Origin: an uncultured Clostridia bacterium
GTDB taxonomy: Bacteria; Bacillota; Clostridia; TANB77; CAG-465
Assembly (NCBI GenBank): GCA_944383015.1
Contig: CALWOC010000001.1
Span: 148,997 to 212,996, forward strand
Direction: 5' to 3'
DNA length: 64,000 nucleotides
Positions 48,175 through 58,142 of the stretch are shown here, one piece after another. Numbering within the stretch: position 1 is the first letter of the stretch; the number at the start of each line of letters is the position of its first letter. Both the position numbers and the translations under genes were made by a program. The notes under the pieces were generated by a model. It was not told where the DNA came from and made no database searches. It saw nothing but the letters and a program-made list of their open reading frames with translations.

Positions 48175-48203
48175 GAATTATACCACATGTTATTTAGTTT
48201 GTC
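48175..48203 (-). promoter_or_regulatory. promoter of the pheST leader
   Basis: On the minus strand the sequence reads TTGACA, a 17-nt spacer, then TGgTATAAT (extended -10). Confidence 0.6.
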
Positions 48204-48216
48204 AAACTAAATATAA

Positions 48217-48681
48217 TTATATTTTTCTTCTAAGCTTTATTTGATACTCTTCAAATCCTACCCTATCATAAAAAGCCCTTGCTGAATAATTATTATTTAA
48301 AACATTTAATTCAATGCTTTCAAGTTTTCTTTCTTTTGCCCACTTTGTCGCTTCATCAATTAATACTTTACCATATCCTTTATTTCTATATTCTGGTAAC
48401 ACTACAAGTTCATATATAAATGCATAATGATCTTCTACAAAGCCTTCATAATCATTATATGGTGATACTCTTTCCTCAATTAAAGCATATCCAACAATTT
48501 TATCGTCATCTTCAACAATAATGTAGTCTGAATTTAAAGACTCTATCATAGACTTTATAAAAATATTTGGAAAAGCTATCGGATTATATATATCTTCTCT
48601 TAAATTATTAAGAACTATAAATAGCTCTGTATTTAATTTATATATTTCTTCAATATCATCTAGAATTGCTAACCTTAACAC
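48217..48681 (-). CDS. GNAT-family N-acetyltransferase
   Basis: The acetyl-CoA binding motif VVLPEYRNKGYGKVLIDEA is present. A GTG start 6 nt after GGTGG gives 154 aa. Confidence 0.7.
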   Translation of the reverse strand: MLRLAILDDIEEIYKLNTELFIVLNNLREDIYNPIAFPNIFIKSMIESLNSDYIIVEDDDKIVGYALIEERVSPYNDYEGFVEDHYAFIYELVVLPEYRNKGYGKVLIDEATKWAKERKLESIELNVLNNNYSARAFYDRVGFEEYQIKLRRKI

Positions 48682-48744
48682 AAATACCACCTCTTTTTTC
48701 GAGGTTATTATATTATATCTAATAATATTTTTCAACAAAAAATA

Positions 48745-49614
48745 CTATTTTTTATTCATTCTAAAACCATTTCCAGCTGCTTCACTTGCAGAAGTAATAT
48801 ACATAATCGCATCACTATCATTTTCATCAATTATATTTCTAATCTTAGATATTTGAGGTCGTGTAATAATACATGTTATTGTAGTTATTTCTTCACCCGT
48901 ATGTGCACCTAAGCTATTTGTTACTGTAGCACCTCTTTTTAAATCATTTAAAATAGGTTGAATTATCTTATCTGATTTCTTAGTTATTATAGTTACAACC
49001 TTTACATAATCCACACCTGAAAAACCCAAGTCAATTACTTTTGTAGAAATAAATAAAGCAACTAAAGAGTATAATCCAATATTTATGTCCTTAAATACTA
49101 TTATAACAGCTGATATAATAACAAACTCTATTATAAGTAAAATATTACTAAGTCTTTCAACTTTTATCATTTTATATATTATTTGTGCAAGCAAGTCAGA
49201 ACCACCAGTACTTGCACCAGCTTTAAATACAAATGAAAGACCAAGACCCGTAATAATTCCACCAAATATACAAGATGTAAATAAATCTGTAGGACTGTTA
49301 TTAGTAATATAACTATAATCAAAAAGCTCTAAAAAAATTGCTAAAAGTAAAGTTGATATTACTGTTTTAATACTAAATTTTATGCCAAATTTATATATGG
49401 ATACTATAAATAATGGTAAATTAATTAAAAGTATTGACAGTCCCATAGGAATATTAAATATATAATATAATATTGTTGCAATTCCACTTGCTCCACCAGT
49501 CGTCATCTTATGTGGTAATAAAAATATATTTGTTCCTAAACTTACTAAATAAACTCCTAATATTATATAAAAAACTTCAAGAAAGCTTTTTAATTTTTTA
49601 CACCTTATATTCAT
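48745..49614 (-). CDS. YitT-family membrane protein (DUF161 + DUF2179)
   Basis: It has the same architecture as the protein at 7090-7950 and is paralogous to it. Confidence 0.65.
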   Translation of the reverse strand: MNIRCKKLKSFLEVFYIILGVYLVSLGTNIFLLPHKMTTGGASGIATILYYIFNIPMGLSILLINLPLFIVSIYKFGIKFSIKTVISTLLLAIFLELFDYSYITNNSPTDLFTSCIFGGIITGLGLSFVFKAGASTGGSDLLAQIIYKMIKVERLSNILLIIEFVIISAVIIVFKDINIGLYSLVALFISTKVIDLGFSGVDYVKVVTIITKKSDKIIQPILNDLKRGATVTNSLGAHTGEEITTITCIITRPQISKIRNIIDENDSDAIMYITSASEAAGNGFRMNKK

Positions 49615-49699
49615 GTTGTGCCTCCATAAATATTATTAGCTTTTTTCTATAATATAAGAAAGAAATTCCTATATTTTATAGGAATTTTAAAATAAAATA

Positions 49700-50236
49700 C
49701 TATTTAAAATTTTTTTCAATATATTCTTTATGATTATTGTTTATATATCTGTTAGAACCATCTGCTATTTGACACAATAATTCTTTTAGAGTTACATATG
49801 CTCTGTCATACTGTTCTTTTGTTATATCTTTTTCATCTAGTGCTTTTTGAAGTTCATCTTCATCCCAAACTTTTACTACATCATCATTTACTTTATCTAT
49901 TGTAATATCTAAAAATAAATCATCATAATATAATCCTTTTTCATAATCTATACCAATATCATCTATAACATCAATATAATATGATATTGTATTCTTTTTA
50001 TCATCTAAAAATACTCTTATTCCATATTTTTCATTTTTAGGCAAATACTCAACCATATAATAACCTTCTTTAAGTAAGCATACTCCTTTACCAGTATGTG
50101 TTGATATATATGGTTTATCTATACTATTTACTTTTTTTATTACAGTATAACAATCAAGTTTATCATCTTCAAATTGCATTAATATGTATTTGTCTACTCC
50201 TCTTAAATACGTATTTGTTAAAAACTTTCTTTTCAT
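49700..50236 (-). CDS. DUF402-like protein (possible nucleoside tri/diphosphatase family)
   Basis: The size and the acidic beta-rich core (YYIDVIDDIGIDYEKGLYYDDLFLDI) fit weakly. The start was set at the ATG after GAAGGTG. Confidence 0.35.
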   Translation of the reverse strand: MKRKFLTNTYLRGVDKYILMQFEDDKLDCYTVIKKVNSIDKPYISTHTGKGVCLLKEGYYMVEYLPKNEKYGIRVFLDDKKNTISYYIDVIDDIGIDYEKGLYYDDLFLDITIDKVNDDVVKVWDEDELQKALDEKDITKEQYDRAYVTLKELLCQIADGSNRYINNNHKEYIEKNFK

Positions 50237-50324
50237 AATATACACCTTCAACATAGATTATACCAAAATTTTGTCAATCTATCAAGAAAAAATAGTAGGT
50301 GAATTACTTCACCCACTAATTTTT

Positions 50325-50753
50325 TTAGTTTTCTGTTACCATTACACTTACTTTTCCTGTTTCAATTCCATTGAAGTCTACTTTATATGGAATATTATTA
50401 GGCTCACTATGTATAGAATACCCAGTAGCAAAACGATATGTTCCTTTATATTCAACTTCATTTACAATTAAAGTATAAGGTACCTCAAATTCTTCACCTT
50501 CTACATAATTTAAGTCTGAATCAATTCTTAGTACTATATTATCTGCTCCATTATCTATACCTACAGTCTCATTTGGACCTAGCCAAACTTCAGTATTTAA
50601 TCCACTTGTTACTGTTGTATCATCTTTATTAATAAATATGACTATTTCAATTATAACTACAACTATAATTACAATAGCAACAATACCACCAAGTAGCAAC
50701 TTTTTATTTAATTTATTTGGTTTACTTGATTTAGATTTATTATTCTTTTTCAT
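50325..50753 (-). CDS. hypothetical membrane-anchored protein
   Basis: A basic N-terminus and one TM helix are followed by a beta-rich extracellular domain. Confidence 0.3.
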   Translation of the reverse strand: MKKNNKSKSSKPNKLNKKLLLGGIVAIVIIVVVIIEIVIFINKDDTTVTSGLNTEVWLGPNETVGIDNGADNIVLRIDSDLNYVEGEEFEVPYTLIVNEVEYKGTYRFATGYSIHSEPNNIPYKVDFNGIETGKVSVMVTEN

Positions 50754-50845
50754 AATATCCTCTCTCCTTGTTTATTTTATGCGACTTAATTATATCATAA
50801 TATATTTTTTAAAACAAGAATAAAGTAAAATTTTGTAATTTATCA

Positions 50846-51862
50846 TTAAATACCATCCATATCATTTATCATATTTTCAATAAAAGCTCCATAGCCTCTT
50901 AATGGATCATCTAAAAGAACATGTGTAACACATCCAATAAGCTTTCCATTTTGAACAATTGGAGCTCCACTCATTCCTTGAACAATTCCACCAGTTTTTT
51001 CAAGTAACTCTTTATCTGTAATTTTTATTGCAATATTTTTATTATCTGTAGAATTTAGATATACTTTTTCTATCTGAATTTCATATTTTTTCTTAATATT
51101 ATCATCTAATGTTAAATAAATATATGCCTCTTTAGTCTCTATCTCATCTTTACTTCCAATCTGTATAACTTCGTTTTCATTATATAATTCCTTATTTTCA
51201 ACATATCCAAATATACCGTTTGGGGTATTGCTATAAATCTGACCAAGTGTCTCATTTGTAAGTGTTCCTTTAAGTTCACCAGGAACTTTAGAAATTCCTT
51301 TCTTTATCATATATATTTCTGTTTTTGTTATACCACCAGTTGTAATTGGTAAAATATTTTGATTAGAGGTCTCTGTTATTGCATGACCAAGTGCAGCAAA
51401 TTTTGACGTATTTTTCTCATAACAAGTAATAGTACCTACTCCTGCACTACTATCTTTTACCCACAATCCAAGCTTGTAATCTCCTGTATTTTCACTAACA
51501 ATTGGATCAATCTTAAAAAACATGGTCTTATCATTTCTTGATATAGTAAGGTCTAAAGTCTCCCCTAAACTCGCATATTCTTCAAGCTCTGCATTAGTTT
51601 CAATTTTGCATCCATTTACCTCTAAAATTATATCTCCTATTTCAAGTTCTGTATCTTCTCTATCTATCCCCATAATTAGTACTCCTGTAGCAAGTAACTT
51701 TATTCCTACTGCCTCTCCACCTAATATATATTCAGTACCATCTTGAGAACAAGTAATTGCTTTTTTAGATTCAGAAAAAGAAAAAGCTATAATTAAAGTA
51801 AAAACCATAATACAAGTCATAACTGTAAAAATTATTTTTTTATTTTTTAAGTATTTAAACAT
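50846..51862 (-). CDS. spoIVB: SpoIVB-type serine peptidase (S55)
   Basis: An N-terminal TM helix, a PDZ-like segment (GDIILEVNGCKIET) and the catalytic serine block GMSGAPIVQNGKLIGCVTHV are present. At 338 aa it is shorter than Bacillus SpoIVB. Confidence 0.7.
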   Translation of the reverse strand: MFKYLKNKKIIFTVMTCIMVFTLIIAFSFSESKKAITCSQDGTEYILGGEAVGIKLLATGVLIMGIDREDTELEIGDIILEVNGCKIETNAELEEYASLGETLDLTISRNDKTMFFKIDPIVSENTGDYKLGLWVKDSSAGVGTITCYEKNTSKFAALGHAITETSNQNILPITTGGITKTEIYMIKKGISKVPGELKGTLTNETLGQIYSNTPNGIFGYVENKELYNENEVIQIGSKDEIETKEAYIYLTLDDNIKKKYEIQIEKVYLNSTDNKNIAIKITDKELLEKTGGIVQGMSGAPIVQNGKLIGCVTHVLLDDPLRGYGAFIENMINDMDGI

Positions 51863-52214
51863 TTACACCTAGTATTCCTCCAACTATTCCACTTAAGCAA
51901 CAAATAGAAATATAGATTCCTAATGTATTAGTTATAGATATATTATTATTTAAAATGCACGAAATTATAAATATAATTAAAACACTTATTATATTTACTA
52001 TTACTCCATGAACTAATCCTTTTTTCTTTATCATTTTACACAGTACAAAAGACGATATAAAAGCAGATATTGCCATTGAAAGAAAAATACCAGAATCTAT
52101 AAATCTATCTTCAATTTTAGTATACGTAAAAACTAAAGATACTATAAATAAAAACAACATTATTGTAACTACAAAAGTAGCTATTCCTATTAAATAACTT
52201 TTTACTAACTTCAT
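51855..52214 (-). CDS. small polytopic membrane protein, hypothetical
   Basis: Four TM helices are predicted. The start was set at MKLVK, 8 nt after GAGG. Confidence 0.3.
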   Translation of the reverse strand: MKLVKSYLIGIATFVVTIMLFLFIVSLVFTYTKIEDRFIDSGIFLSMAISAFISSFVLCKMIKKKGLVHGVIVNIISVLIIFIISCILNNNISITNTLGIYISICCLSGIVGGILGVNV

Positions 52215-52317
52215 TTTATCAACCTCAGTAAAGTATATGATAACATATAAATTTGTATTCAAATATAATTTAGAAAAAAATAAAACTGTTGACATTTAGT
52301 CAACAGCTTTTTATATA

Positions 52318-53028
52318 CTAATATAGTTTTAATAGTTGTTCTTTAGTATAATCTTGAGGATTATCTATAAAAACATATTTATTCTTTCCAAGTACTAACA
52401 TTTTATCTGCGAGAAATAAAGCTTCATTAATATGATGTGTTACAAATAAAACTGTATTCTTCATTGTTTTTATTATCTGCTTTGTAGACTTCTGTAGTGA
52501 AGCTTTTGTATTATAATCAAGTGCTGCAAATGGTTCATCCATTAAAATTAAATCTGGATTTAAACTTAAAACTCTTGCAAAAGCAACTCTTTGCTTTTGT
52601 CCTCCAGATAGTTGATATGGATACATATCTTTACAATCATCAAGTTCTACTAAATGAATATATTCATCAACTTTCTTTTTTAGTTCTTTTCCTTTATAAC
52701 CCATCATGTTTAAAGTAAACTTTATGTTTCCAGAAACATCTAGCCATGGAAATAGCTGATTATAATCTTGCTGTAAATACATTACATTTCTCGTAGGTTT
52801 TTTTAGTTTTTCTCCATTTACTATTATCTGTCCAGATGTTGGATTTAAAAAGCCAGCTATTATCCTTAAAAGTGTAGATTTTCCACATCCAGACTCACCT
52901 ATAATACAAAGTATCTCCCCTTTTTCTAGTACGAAAGAAATATCTTTTAAAACTTCTTTTTGTTTCTTTCCGTTTTTAAATACTTGTGTTAAATTATCTA
53001 TTTGTAAAATAACATTATTTTTCATCAT
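52318..53028 (-). CDS. ABC transporter ATP-binding protein, NitT/TauT (SsuB/TauB-like) family
   Basis: The Walker A GESGCGKST, the signature LSGGQKQRVAFAR, the Walker B LILMDEPFAALD and an H-loop are present. Confidence 0.8.
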   Translation of the reverse strand: MMKNNVILQIDNLTQVFKNGKKQKEVLKDISFVLEKGEILCIIGESGCGKSTLLRIIAGFLNPTSGQIIVNGEKLKKPTRNVMYLQQDYNQLFPWLDVSGNIKFTLNMMGYKGKELKKKVDEYIHLVELDDCKDMYPYQLSGGQKQRVAFARVLSLNPDLILMDEPFAALDYNTKASLQKSTKQIIKTMKNTVLFVTHHINEALFLADKMLVLGKNKYVFIDNPQDYTKEQLLKLY

Positions 53029-53795
53029 AAGACATTCCCCACTTTCTAACCGTAATTTTTTCAAGTGCTGAGAATAACTTATCTATTATAACGCTGATTA
53101 CAATAATTAAAAGTACTCCTACCATAACATTAGCTAAGTTACCATAAGCTCTATTTACATAAATATACATTCCAAGCCCGCCTGAAGTTCCAATCATTCC
53201 AAAAATTGCTTCAGAACTTATAATAGATCTCCACGCTCTTGCGCATCCAATTCTTAACGCAGCAATAATTCCAGGTAGTATTAACATGAAATATATATAT
53301 ATAATTTTTTTTACACTACCGTACTTCAACATTTCTTAAAAAGTCATGATAAACAGTAGGTATAGAATCCACTTTTTCAATTAAATTAATTATCATAGGC
53401 CAAACAATACTATGAATTACTAATACAAGCATCGCAGCATCATTTATTCCCATCCAAATAATTACAAGTGGTAATATAGCAACACTAGGAAGTGGTGACA
53501 ATATATTACATATTGTACGAATAAAGTACTTAAAATATTTAAATTTATCTGATAAAATTAAAACTATAAGTGACATTACAAGACTTATTCCAAGTCCTAA
53601 AATTACCAATTTAAATGAATTAAATACTTGCTCTAATAAGTTTTTAGAAGTTATTTCTGATACAAGTTGTGTTACTTCTTTTGAAAATGAAGGCAATATA
53701 TATGATGAAATAATACCTGTTGCAGCTACAATTTCCCACACAATTATAATACAAACTATCCAGAACCAGTTAGATTTTAATATTTTATCTTTCAT
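53015..53795 (-). pseudogene. ABC transporter permease (NitT/TauT family) split by a frameshift
   Basis: The N-terminal ORF (159 aa, ends ...YHDFLRNVEVR*) and the C-terminal ORF (105 aa, with the EAIFGMIGTSGGLG permease signature region) overlap in different frames within AGAAATGTTGAAGTACGG at about 53315-53335. Confidence 0.55.
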
Positions 53796-53818
53796 AAAAT
53801 CCTCCCATAAATGTATAT

Positions 53819-54812
53819 TTATCTTGGTAGCTTATCATAGTTTGGTAAATCTTCTAGTTTTAAAGGTTTTTTTAGCATTCCAGTCTCATATAATAAACTT
53901 GCAAGGTCATTATATCCAGTAAGTTTATCCGTTGGTGGTTGAGTTCTCATTAAATCTTCAACATCCTTCACTTCACATTGATATTGACTAGCAAGTAATT
54001 GTGCATTTTCATCAAAATTTTCGTCCCAAGTATCAATTACTTCTCTTTGTACTTTTAAAACAGCGTCACATATATCTTGGTTTTCTTCATAAAAATTTGT
54101 GTTAGCTATTAAAGCTGTTCCAATTGAATATTTTTGAATAACATCAGTAAAATCAGCAACCATATGAACATTATCTAGTTTTTCTGCTTTTAAATTAGCT
54201 GAAAATGATAGAACACTTCCTCTAATTTGATTATTTGATTCTAACATTGCAATTGCTTCACTATTTGGTATTTTAACTAGCATTTTGTTATATTCGTTTA
54301 CATCAAGTCCCTCCTCTTTTAATGCGGCCAAATACGCAGCTTGTGGATTAGATGCTAAACCACTAATACTAATCTGATCTCCAGGTTTAAAATCTGCTAA
54401 CGAATTTACACTATTATCGTTTGTATATGCTTTAACAGTTGCATATCCGGTAAAAACTCATAAGTGATAATGGCATATCATTATCTATAGCAGTCATATA
54501 GGCCATAATGCCTGGCGTCCCAATGTCTATATCTCCTGATACCATTGCGTCTCTAATATCTGAAGCAGATGATAAAGTAGTCCATTCTACTTTTACATTT
54601 TCTGGTAAATATTTTTCAAATAATCCTTTTTCTTTAGCAATTTGAAATACAGCAGATGCATAGTTATCTGGATTGTAATTTATAGTTACAGTCCTTTCTT
54701 TAGCAACTTGCTCTCCATTCTCTTGGCTTCTGTTTTGTAATACTACGCTAAAAACTATAGCAATAATCACTACAGCTATAATTAAAAAAATACCTAATTT
54801 TCTTTTATTCAT
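53819..54812 (-). pseudogene. ABC transporter substrate-binding lipoprotein (NMT1/SsuA/TauA-like) split by a frameshift
   Basis: A 126-aa N-terminal ORF with a signal peptide and a 170-aa C-terminal ORF are separated by a frame change. The downstream frame is open back to ...FTGYATVKAYTNDNSVNSLADFKPGDQISISG. The shift falls in a T5 run (ATGAGTTTTTACC) near 54455. Confidence 0.55.
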
Positions 54813-55010
54813 AGCAATACACTCCTTTTTAATTTTATTTTACAAACAGTAATAACTAATATAACAACTCACCTCCTAAATTATTAGTTGTGTTACTATT
54901 CATATTCCGCCAAAAGTATACCACGCCTTTTAATTTATGTCAAGTACTTTTTGCAAATCATTTGCTTTTTTTGATAAAAAAAGAAATATCTTACGATATT
55001 TCCTTTAATA

Positions 55011-55850
55011 TTAAGTTGTTTCAATTACTTCTACATTACTTTCATTTTTCTCTTTTAAAATATTTTCATAGAAACAAACATATGAAACATTCATATATGG
55101 TGTTAAGAAAAGATATCCTATTCCTAAAGTAAATAGAGCTAAAATCATCCAACCAATAAATGATATATTCAAGAATATATATTTCCATCTATATCCTTTC
55201 ATAAGAGATACTGATTTATCTACACAGTCTTTAGCCGTCATATCTTGATTATCTATAGCAATATATTGTGCTAAAACTAAAGATAAGATTCTTGCAATAA
55301 ACATTATTTCAAATATAAATGCTATAATTAAGAAAACAATAGATAATATCACTAATAAAATACTACTTTTTAACAGTGATAATATTGCTGTTATTACAAC
55401 ATATGCAATAGATATTGCTATAAAAATTAAATATATAATTAAAATCTTTACCAAAGACCATAAAGCTACTTTCCAAGAACGCCCAAAATTCTTAAAGATT
55501 TTCTTTAAAAAAGTTGTAGCTTTTATCGTAGAATCTCTCTTTAGATTCACAATATTTTCTATAAATGAATAACTAAGTGGAACTATAAATATATACATTA
55601 CAATTAAAAGTAAATATGAACCCATTACAGATATTGCTATATTCATAGAAATATTATTAAACTCTGCATTAGTTAATTGCTCAGACATAACTGAATAACT
55701 CAATGTTGTAGCTTGAAAAATAATTGGAAGTAAAACTATTATAACAGCTATTAAAGATACTAATATTAATAGTAAATTCATTCCAACAAATTTTGACCAC
55801 TTTCCACTCATAGCTTCTCTTGCTTGACGCTTAACCTCTTTAATTTTCAT
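55011..55850 (-). CDS. DUF975-like integral membrane protein
   Basis: Five or six TM helices are predicted. The N-terminus (MKIKEVKRQAREAMSGKW) resembles DUF975. An AGGAGG RBS is present. Confidence 0.35.
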   Translation of the reverse strand: MKIKEVKRQAREAMSGKWSKFVGMNLLLILVSLIAVIIVLLPIIFQATTLSYSVMSEQLTNAEFNNISMNIAISVMGSYLLLIVMYIFIVPLSYSFIENIVNLKRDSTIKATTFLKKIFKNFGRSWKVALWSLVKILIIYLIFIAISIAYVVITAILSLLKSSILLVILSIVFLIIAFIFEIMFIARILSLVLAQYIAIDNQDMTAKDCVDKSVSLMKGYRWKYIFLNISFIGWMILALFTLGIGYLFLTPYMNVSYVCFYENILKEKNESNVEVIETT

Positions 55851-55869
55851 ACAATTCCTCCTAAAAAAA

Positions 55870-56310
55870 CTATATAATATTTTCTCCTTCTTTTTCCTCT
55901 TCTGCTTCAACATCTGTTTTTATTGTAGGGTTAGATGATACCTTTTTCTTTCTTAAATATCTTCTTCTAGCATGTGCCTTATCCATAACATCTCTACGAA
56001 TAATTGAGAAATTGTTTAAAATTCTTCCACCAAATACTATAATTGCAGCTAAATATATTTCTACGTTTAAAAGCTCTCCTAAATAAACTAAAAATATTGC
56101 AAATATAGCATTAAAGAAAAATCCAGATAAAAATATTTTCATTTTAAAATTTTTACCAGTACTTGCTGCAAGAGCTCCAAAAACAGAATCAAGACAAGCA
56201 AGTATTGCTACAGCTACATATTGATAAGATGAATATGGTATAATAATATTTTGTCCAATCAATATACCTAAAATAATAAATAAAGCTAATATTAAAATTC
56301 CAAACAACAT
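55870..56310 (-). CDS. sbp: small basic protein Sbp (DUF1290) of the division cluster
   Basis: The 146-aa membrane protein has a basic tail. It sits after DUF881 and ftsQ, as in the Bacillus dcw cluster. Confidence 0.45.
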   Translation of the reverse strand: MLFGILILALFIILGILIGQNIIIPYSSYQYVAVAILACLDSVFGALAASTGKNFKMKIFLSGFFFNAIFAIFLVYLGELLNVEIYLAAIIVFGGRILNNFSIIRRDVMDKAHARRRYLRKKKVSSNPTIKTDVEAEEEKEGENII

Positions 56311-56313
56311 ATT

Positions 56314-57057
56314 TTACTCTCCTTGCTTTGCAAAATTAAATGATAAAGTACCTTCATATTTTGGTATACTAATGCTGCTTTCTCTTGATATTGTAACCTT
56401 TAGTCCATAGCCATTTAATACATCTACTACGCCATTTTTTATAGTCATTGCACTTTCTAAATACTGCGCATTTCCTATAGCCTTTATTTCAAATGGTGCA
56501 GCAACTTTTTGGTAATTAACTTGTATTACAGAGCCAACACATCTTACTGCAGAAGTGTTAATTATTCTTTGTCCATTAACACTTATTGCCTCTGCTCCTG
56601 CTACCCTTAATTCATTTACTACTGTAAGTACATCACTATCATGAACAAGAGAATCAGAACTATTTCCATCATATAACGTTATTATAATTCCCTCTCCTTG
56701 AACATCTGTTGTACCAGCAAGTAATCCTAATGTATTAATTTGATTACTCATTGATGCAATTAGACTATCATTTGTTGATGCATTAGTTTTATATTCTTCA
56801 ACTATTTTTTGACTTTCATCATATTTTGCTTTAAGCTCATCATAATCTCTTTGTAAACTTACAAGAGAATCCGCTATTTCACTTTCCCTTTTTCCTTCTA
56901 ATATTTCTTCAGATTTACTCATTGTTGTTACTTGTGCTGTTATCATAATTGTAAGTAAAAACAATGCTATACCTATTGAAGTATAAGCAGGAATAGAGTT
57001 TTTTTGAATAAATGCTTTAAATTTATTATTCTTTTTCTTTTTTACCTCTTCTTCCAA
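56314..57057 (-). CDS. DUF881 family division-cluster protein (YlxW-like)
   Basis: An N-terminal TM helix and a coiled coil are followed by the DUF881 C-terminal domain (ITLYDGNSSDSLVHDSDVLTVVNELRVAGAEAISVNGQRI). Confidence 0.55.
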   Translation of the reverse strand: MEEEVKKKKNNKFKAFIQKNSIPAYTSIGIALFLLTIMITAQVTTMSKSEEILEGKRESEIADSLVSLQRDYDELKAKYDESQKIVEEYKTNASTNDSLIASMSNQINTLGLLAGTTDVQGEGIIITLYDGNSSDSLVHDSDVLTVVNELRVAGAEAISVNGQRIINTSAVRCVGSVIQVNYQKVAAPFEIKAIGNAQYLESAMTIKNGVVDVLNGYGLKVTISRESSISIPKYEGTLSFNFAKQGE

Positions 57058-57071
57058 GATTTTTTCACTCC

Positions 57072-58142
57072 TTAATTATACTTTGAGTATACCGGATCTT
57101 CTATACTCATATCTATAGTTCCTTCTACTATCTGCTCATTTTTTTGCAAAATTCCTTTTAAAAAAGATACCTTATATTCTAAATTAGAGTCATTTGCAAA
57201 TATCACATTAAGTTTATCATCTAAGGTAATTGTTGTCAAGGAATTTGAAAAATTTAATTTAGTTATGTTACCTTTAATTTCATATTTTTCAAGTAATTGC
57301 TTAATAGTATTATATATTTTTAACTTATCAAGATATACTTCATTAATTTTTTCTCCCAGTTTTACTTCTGATTCAAAAGCAAAACCTTCAACTAAGAGCT
57401 CATCTTTTTTATCTGTTAATTTACATTTTTCAAGCAAATATCCTTCATTGTCTATTTTATAATAACTATTTGTATTTTTATCTAATGCTATATATGCTGG
57501 ATACCTCTCCTCAACATTTATTACAATAGTACTAGGAAATGAATAATTTAAAGTAAAATTTGCTATGTATGCTAAATCTATTTGATTTTTTCCACTAAGA
57601 AAAAGTTGCTTAAATACATTATCTCCCATATTTAAACTAGATTTTGATATAATCTCTTCTTCCGAATATATCTCATTTCCCCTAACTACAATACTGCTAA
57701 GATTAAATGTATCCATATTAAATATTAAATATAATATAATAATAACAAAAGCAATAAAAAATGTAAATTTAATTATTGTACTAGCCTTTATTTTTACATT
57801 TTTTTTAACTTTATGACTTATATCTGATGAATTATCTGGTTTAACTTTTCTAATATTATTAGGAACTATTTCATCATCAAAAAAAGGTACATATTCAACA
57901 TCTTGTGAAACTTTATTTAATCTTAAATTATTTTTAGCACTATGATTATTTTTCCTAACCTCTTTATTAACAGTATTTTTCTTATTTGTATTAAAATTAT
58001 TTCTAGTATTTTTTTTGTGATTTGTACTTGTCCTCTTTTTTACTTTTGGCCTAGAAGGACCAGTACTATTTTTTTTTATATTATTACTATTTATTTTTTT
58101 ATTTTTATTTGTACTTGTCCCACTACTTTTCAAAAATATCAC
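57072..58142 (-). CDS. ftsQ: cell division protein FtsQ/DivIB
   Basis: A K/N-rich basic N-terminus, one TM helix and a POTRA region (IVVRGNEIYSEEEII) are present. The gene lies directly downstream of murG. Confidence 0.65.
   Translation of the reverse strand: MIFLKSSGTSTNKNKKINSNNIKKNSTGPSRPKVKKRTSTNHKKNTRNNFNTNKKNTVNKEVRKNNHSAKNNLRLNKVSQDVEYVPFFDDEIVPNNIRKVKPDNSSDISHKVKKNVKIKASTIIKFTFFIAFVIIILYLIFNMDTFNLSSIVVRGNEIYSEEEIISKSSLNMGDNVFKQLFLSGKNQIDLAYIANFTLNYSFPSTIVINVEERYPAYIALDKNTNSYYKIDNEGYLLEKCKLTDKKDELLVEGFAFESEVKLGEKINEVYLDKLKIYNTIKQLLEKYEIKGNITKLNFSNSLTTITLDDKLNVIFANDSNLEYKVSFLKGILQKNEQIVEGTIDMSIEDPVYSKYN

Noticed and set aside
57072-58142. K/N-rich repetitive N-terminus of FtsQ and poly-Lys/Asn tracts elsewhere, considered as DNA tandem repeats or a CRISPR-like array
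   Set aside because: These are low-complexity coding tracts without regular repeat-spacer periodicity. No CRISPR array is present anywhere in the window.
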